From assembly GCF_009914755.1 (NCBI RefSeq), contig NC_060937.1: a DNA stretch of 64,000 nucleotides; one strand, given 5' to 3'. Origin of the DNA: the human T2T-CHM13v2.0 reference genome, Homo sapiens. Position 1 is the first letter of the stretch, and the number at the start of each line of letters is the position of its first letter. Below, in pieces: positions 58,101 to 64,000 of the stretch. The notes under the pieces were generated by a model, which was not told the origin of the DNA, ran no database searches, and saw nothing but the letters and a program-made list of their open reading frames with translations. The translations under genes were made by a program, and so were the position numbers.

Positions 58101-59339
58101 ATACAGGGTGCATTTGACTTCTGCTTAAGAGGGCAGAGAATAAGCAGAATAACTACTGATCAAGTTTACAGCTAGAATACTCATGCACATCATATGATTT
58201 TAATTAACCATATGCATAATTATCTGTTTTATCATATTTAACTTTTTCGTTTTCAGGTTTTACTTCCTCCTACTCTCTTGTTCTGTCTGAAACAGAGTAA
58301 TTACATGATAAAAGATTCAAAATAATGAATGAATCATAGAAACTATAACAGGTAATGAATGTTGAGACAAGAAGTTACCAGGTTCGTCTTTGTTGTGGGG
58401 AAAGATGCAGTTCATTTATGCTGTAGTACATTTGTGTCTGAACTCAGAATCAGAGTTCCTAGAAGACTGTTCTACTTTACAACCTGCAAGAACTTTGTGT
58501 TTTCAGAATTTTAAGCCTTAGGGCAGACTTACTCTTTCTGGTAGTGGTTTGAGATCAATTGCCTGTTGCAATGTTCTTCATCTTAGGTTTGCCTTCCCTG
58601 AAGTTTTGTGGAAGGGTAGAAACCTGAGAGAGTGCTTGCTGGGATTTGAAGTGTTTACTTTTATACCTGGCATTTATTTTGAAGTTTGGGCATTCTCTGT
58701 CTTCAGTTTATGCCAAAGGCATGATTTCCATCCAGGTATTTTTTTTTTCTTACAGCTTTCATTGTTTTGTGAGATAAGATTGAAAAATTTGAACCTTGTA
58801 ATCTGCCATTGTCTTTAGTTAACCAGTGTCCCCACATGTCACCCTGAAATGAAAACCTTGAAATTATAAGAAAAACAAGGATTTAACAAATGGAAATCCT
58901 GGATTTTCTTGAATATTACAACAAAACTAGATTTTAAAAAGTAGTCTGAGAAGCTGAGAATGTTCATGAGCTTACGTCTGCCTCATGTTATGCAGTGAAT
59001 GAATATGAGAATGTTTATTATAGTCTTAGAAGAGTATTCTTAAAACTGCATAAATGTAAGATGTAGGACTTGAAATAATTTTGAAAGCCGCTCACAATTT
59101 TTTTTGTGTTAATGAAGTCAAACATGTTTTCTCATTCCCCAGAATTCCACCTGTCATAGCTAACATAAGTACAAGTTAATTAATAAAATCACGCTGTTTT
59201 TTTTTTTTGGAATAGAAGCACTATTCCTAATATTGACTTATGCATGATAATTTTATGATTTAAATTTCAAGTAAAATATTATAGTATATTTTTATGAAAT
59301 AATCATTATGTTAACATAAAATATTTATACCTTTTGTAT

Positions 59340-59495
59340 ATACTTATTTTTTGACAAATAATAATTGTGTATATTTATGGAGTACAATGTAAAATTAGTT
59401 GGTGAGGTGAAGGATATTTTAATTAGCTTGATTGAATCTTTCTACAAATGTATACATAAAACAAAATGTCATACTGAAGCTCAATATAAAATATT
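59340..59495. mobile_element. Two short L1MA 3'-end fragments in opposite orientation
   Basis: Antisense TAATTGTGTATATTTATGGAGTACAATGT followed by sense GAGGTGAAGGATATTTTAATTAGCTTGATT. Confidence 0.55.
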
Positions 59496-59544
59496 TTTAA
59501 TGTGCTTTGTGAATTAATACCTTCTTTTGGATGTTATCTCTCAC

Positions 59545-60420
59545 TGATGGTGGTGGCAGCCTGTCTGGAGCAGCCACTACGGGGATGCCAGCAGCAGCAG
59601 GAGAGGCACAGCTGGGACTGCATGCTCTGCGGACCAAATGGGGGCCAGAAACAAGGTGGAGCCCCACCCCTAATGACCTGGTAGGGTGGGAGCCCCGCAC
59701 TCCCAGTCACAGCTGCAGCCACCCAGCAGCAGCTCTGGACCAGGGCATCCTGGCACTCTTGGGGGCCCAGGAAGCTCCCTGCCCCCACAGGCTTAGAAGT
59801 GCCTGCTCCCTCTCCCTGGCCTCTCCCCACTCCTTGTGCCCACTCCAGTGTGGAGCAAAGTTGTGGCCAAGTCCCGGTGCTCTCGTGTGCTGGCCAGATG
59901 TGCACACACTCAGGGTGGTGCTGACATGCCAGTCTGCTGCCATCTCAGCCCCCTCCAGAATTTGAGCATCAACAAACACAGGAGGGAGGCCAGGGGGCTG
60001 AAGGCAGCTCAGCAAAGATGCCCCTTGGCATGAACAGCCTGGGTTCCATGGACGGCTTCTGGCTAGATGCAGACAGGTTCCTAGGCAGGAAGGGGGAGGT
60101 CCCCAGTGAAAGCCCACATTCAGGCCAGGGACAGCCTGAAGCCTGAGGGCCGGGCTGCCTGTTACAGGTGAAGTATGTGGCCTGCAGTGAGATCTTCATT
60201 GATAATCATTTGGCTGATCTGATGGTGCTTTCTCCAGGGCTGCCTGTGACCACCCAAGGACTAACAGCATGCACTTTCTCCATTCTGAGAATGTAAAAAC
60301 CCCAGACTCAGCCAGACTCCCCAACACTCCTTGGGATGACCTGCCTGTGGAAAGGAGCTACCCACTAGGGGTCTCCTCTGCTCTAAGAGCTGAACACTCA
60401 TTGATGTGACCTGCCTACAG
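59545..60420 (+). mobile_element. MER52-family ERV1 LTR, 3'-truncated
   Basis: TGATGGTGGTGGCAGCCTGTCTGGAGCAGCC start; GC-rich; AAAAACCCCAGACTCAGCCAGACTC and GACCTGCCTGTGGAAAGGAGCTACCCAC motifs; ends abruptly. Confidence 0.88.
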
Positions 60421-60464
60421 GTTTAAAAATATTAAACTATGGTTTAAAAATATTAAGCTATAAT

Positions 60465-62550
60465 TCCCTAACAGAGATTCACAGAGAAATCGATAATCTT
60501 CACTATTAAATTACACACTTCTATGTAATTCATGAATCAAAGAAAATGTTTTAATAAAAACTAAAAAAAATTTTAAACAAAATAGAAAGAAAATACAACG
60601 TATCAAAATACAATGGATTCAGCTAATACAGTGCATGCAGGAAAACTTATAGCATTAAATGCTTATATTAGAAAAACAGAGAGGTTTCAAATCAACAATG
60701 GAAACTTCCACTTTTGAAAATTAGAAAAAGCATGGAAAAATCAAGTTAAAGCAAGCAGAAAGCAGGAAACAATAAATATATAAATAAAAATCAAAAAAAT
60801 AAAAATTAAGAACATATAGAAAAACACTGTCTATTTTCACAGACGATAGGATTCTCCATACAGAAATGCAAGGAATCTATAAAAACAAACAAATAAACAA
60901 AAAACACTTAAAAATAGAAAATGATTTTTGCAAGGTCCTAGGATACAAAGTCAATCACATTTTTATGTAGTGGAAAAGAGTAAGTGGAGAGTAAAAATAA
61001 AAGTTTATAATAACTCAGAAATTATTGGGTATAAGTCTGATAAAATATGTGCAGTTGTGTGTAAAACTACAAAACTCGAATGATAGAAAAAAATGTCTTA
61101 CATAAATGGGGAGATATAAAATGACCAGAATTAGCAGACTGAACATAAAGATGCGAATTCTATCCAAATTGACCTATGAGTTTACTGATTTCAATAAAAC
61201 TTTAACAAATTTGTAAAATTTATGTTAGACTGATTCTAAGTTTCTAACTTTTATATATGTGTAAAGCATATAAGGAGAGAAAAAAAAACTAGACTACATA
61301 AAGCAATTTTGATTAAAAAGGCTTAAAGTGGGAAGATTTACTTTAATGTTAAGACTTGACTTAAAGTTACAGAAATTGAAACAATGCAGTATTAGTGAAT
61401 TGGGTAGAAACATAGATCAACAGAGTAGCATGTGAAACCCAAAGATAGATTAATGCAGTCATGGCCAAATGATGATCAAAACAGTTCTCAAACAATTTAA
61501 TGAAGAAAGAATAGTCTTTTCAAGAGGTTTTCTGGAACAATTATACACCCATGTATCCAAAACTAACAAAACAAAAAAAATTAAATACCTCAAATTCAAA
61601 CTTTATATAAAAGAAGCAAATCCTGATTACAACATATATAAATGCAAAGCCTAACATATGAAACGTGCAGGAGAAAATCTTAGCGACCTAGGTTTAGACA
61701 AAGAATTCTTAGAAGAAGTGTGATTTGTAAAATAAAAAAATCAAATTATTAAAATTTTTGTTTCCACAAAAGATGGTTAAGAGAATGTAAAAGATAACTA
61801 ACAATTGAATATATTAATAACTACAACTTATAAAGAATGTAAATACACATTCATACATACACAGATATATGTAAAGAACCCTAAGCAGTAAGAAAAGAAC
61901 TGATCTTATTAAAAATGGGAAAACTATTTGAACTAGCATTCCATTGAGGAGGCAACAAAGATGACAAATATGCATGTGGAAAGATGTTTGAACTGATTAT
62001 CCTTTAGGGAAATGTAAATTAAAACCATAGTGAAGTATTATGATATATATTTTAGTGTTTAAAATAAAAATGCTGACAATATCAACTACAAACAAGTTTG
62101 TGGAGCTGCTGGAACCTGCGTGTATTCCTGGTAAAAATGCAATATAATATAACCACTCTGGAAAACAGTTTGGAATAAAACTGATGACACACTCACTCAC
62201 CATATGACCAAGCGGTCTTACTCATATGTTTCTGGGAAAAAAATATTCTGTTCAGACAAAAACCTGTGAATGTTTGTGGCAGTTCTATTCAGACAATGTG
62301 CCATAATTCAGCAATCAAAACAAGCCAACTTTTGATACATCCAACCACTTGGATGTATTTTTAAAGCATTATATTGAGGGAAGCGCTGGGTTTCAGTTAC
62401 ATGAGGTATGATTCCATTTACAGTAAGATCTGTAACAGGTAAAATTACAGTGTCAGAGAACAGACCAGTGGTTGACATGAGTCATGAGTCAAGTGTGTGA
62501 GTGGGTTTGTATGTTGTGAGTGTGTGATTATAAAAAGATAAAACGAAGGA
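60465..62550 (+). mobile_element. Old L1M (L1MC/MD-like) ORF2 and 3' remnant with internal deletions
   Basis: GGAAAACTTATAGCATTAAATGCTTATATTAGAAAA..AGGATACAAAGTCAAT..TTAGGGAAATGTAAATTAAAACCA..TATGATTCCATTTAC. Confidence 0.8.
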
Positions 62551-62553
62551 GTT

Positions 62554-62815
<262 letters not shown>

Positions 62816-64000
62816 TAAAACGAGGGAGATTTTTTAGATTTTTTATTCAATTGATGAATTGAATACTACTATTAATACTACTACTGTAAATGATTGGCAT
62901 GACAAAAAGGAGCATGCACCCCAGGTGCAAAGAAGAAAACATGAAACCAAAAAAGTAATTTCTAATACATAAAAAAAAATCTATGTTTTCATTTGCCTCA
63001 CTTCAGTCACCGTATTTATTTTGCTGTCATTTTTACTAGGAAAAAATCTTGTCTCAGTATTCTTTGACTTGACAGATGATTTTAACTAAGACTTAGTTGA
63101 GATTCATTAGTATTTCCAACATGTGTGTTCTACAAAGCAATGTGTTAATTCAATGTCAATAGACATATCTTTAGTACATCTTCAAATACATTTTTCAAAG
63201 AATTAGCTATCAATAAAACAAAGAAATGGTATGCAATATTACTTTAGTGATTTTCAAGTTTGCTTTTTTGGTTTATTTTATGTTCATGTAGTGATTATTA
63301 ATCCACCTAATTTTATTGAGAAAATTTAAAATAATCGGTATTTTAAATTATTATTATTATTAATAGTAGTATTCAATTCATCATCATGGTATGTATTTTA
63401 ACAAAGATAAAAGTGCATAGAGTGGAGAGTGTGTGTCCCTTTCCCACATGTCTTAAGTCTATCCAACCCACAAGTTTACCACTTCTGCAGTTTTAATTAT
63501 TTATGAATCCTAGGTATTGGGTCATGTATATGTCATACATTACATAAATGTTTCCTCAGTCAAAATAAGATTATAATTTCTGCCTTTTGTTTTTAGTGAT
63601 TTTATTATTTTACATATATTTTAATTCATCCCAAATTTAGTCTGGCATATAATTCAAATGGTAGTTCTAATTTTTAAAAAATCTCTATATTGAAATATAT
63701 CATTAATGCAAAAATAAGACAAAATTTTTGAGTGCAGTTTTCTTAATTTTTTACATAGTTTTTTCACGCATGTCAAAATATGACATGTCAAGAAAGGGAA
63801 TATCACTGATAGCCCTGAACCTCTCTTTGCAACTTACTCCTTGACCTTCCTCCTCCTCAAACATAACCATTGTCCTGACTTATATCATTGTAAACTAACT
63901 TTGGTTTATTTTGAACTTTATATAAATTAATATATGTCATATACATTAATTTATTTCTATTTCATTCAGAATTAGATTTGTAAAAAATCTTTAGTATATA

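Noticed and set aside
59497-60199. Overlapping GC-rich ORFs or CpG-island promoter
   Set aside because: All lie within a MER52 LTR; high GC explains the few stops and CpG is depleted

Overview
Primate, almost certainly human, genomic DNA: AT-rich, CpG-poor and gene-desert or intron-like. It is built largely from interspersed repeats: about 12 Alus (two are young AluYa5-type), L1 remnants from old L1M to L1PA, L2/MIR, about 12 solo LTRs (THE1/MST, MER50, MER52, MLT2A and others) and DNA-transposon fossils (Tigger2a, MER1B, MADE1). No protein-coding gene is supported: ORF-track hits are Alu/L1/LTR read-throughs or chance ORFs, and the L1 ORF2 remnant is frameshifted with a dead RT motif. I did not find a convincing new biological system. 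The most notable items are a retrocopied mRNA 3' end at about 18.1-18.7 kb, a U2 snRNA fragment lacking exactly the branch-point pairing segment, an AluYa5 with a perfect internal 26-bp duplication, a three-monomer Alu inside one TSD, two twin-priming L1 inversions (one only about 24 bp), and recurring short tandem duplications and Alu deletions. Subfamily names come from my recall of consensus sequences, not a database search. Boundaries without a TSD are approximate.
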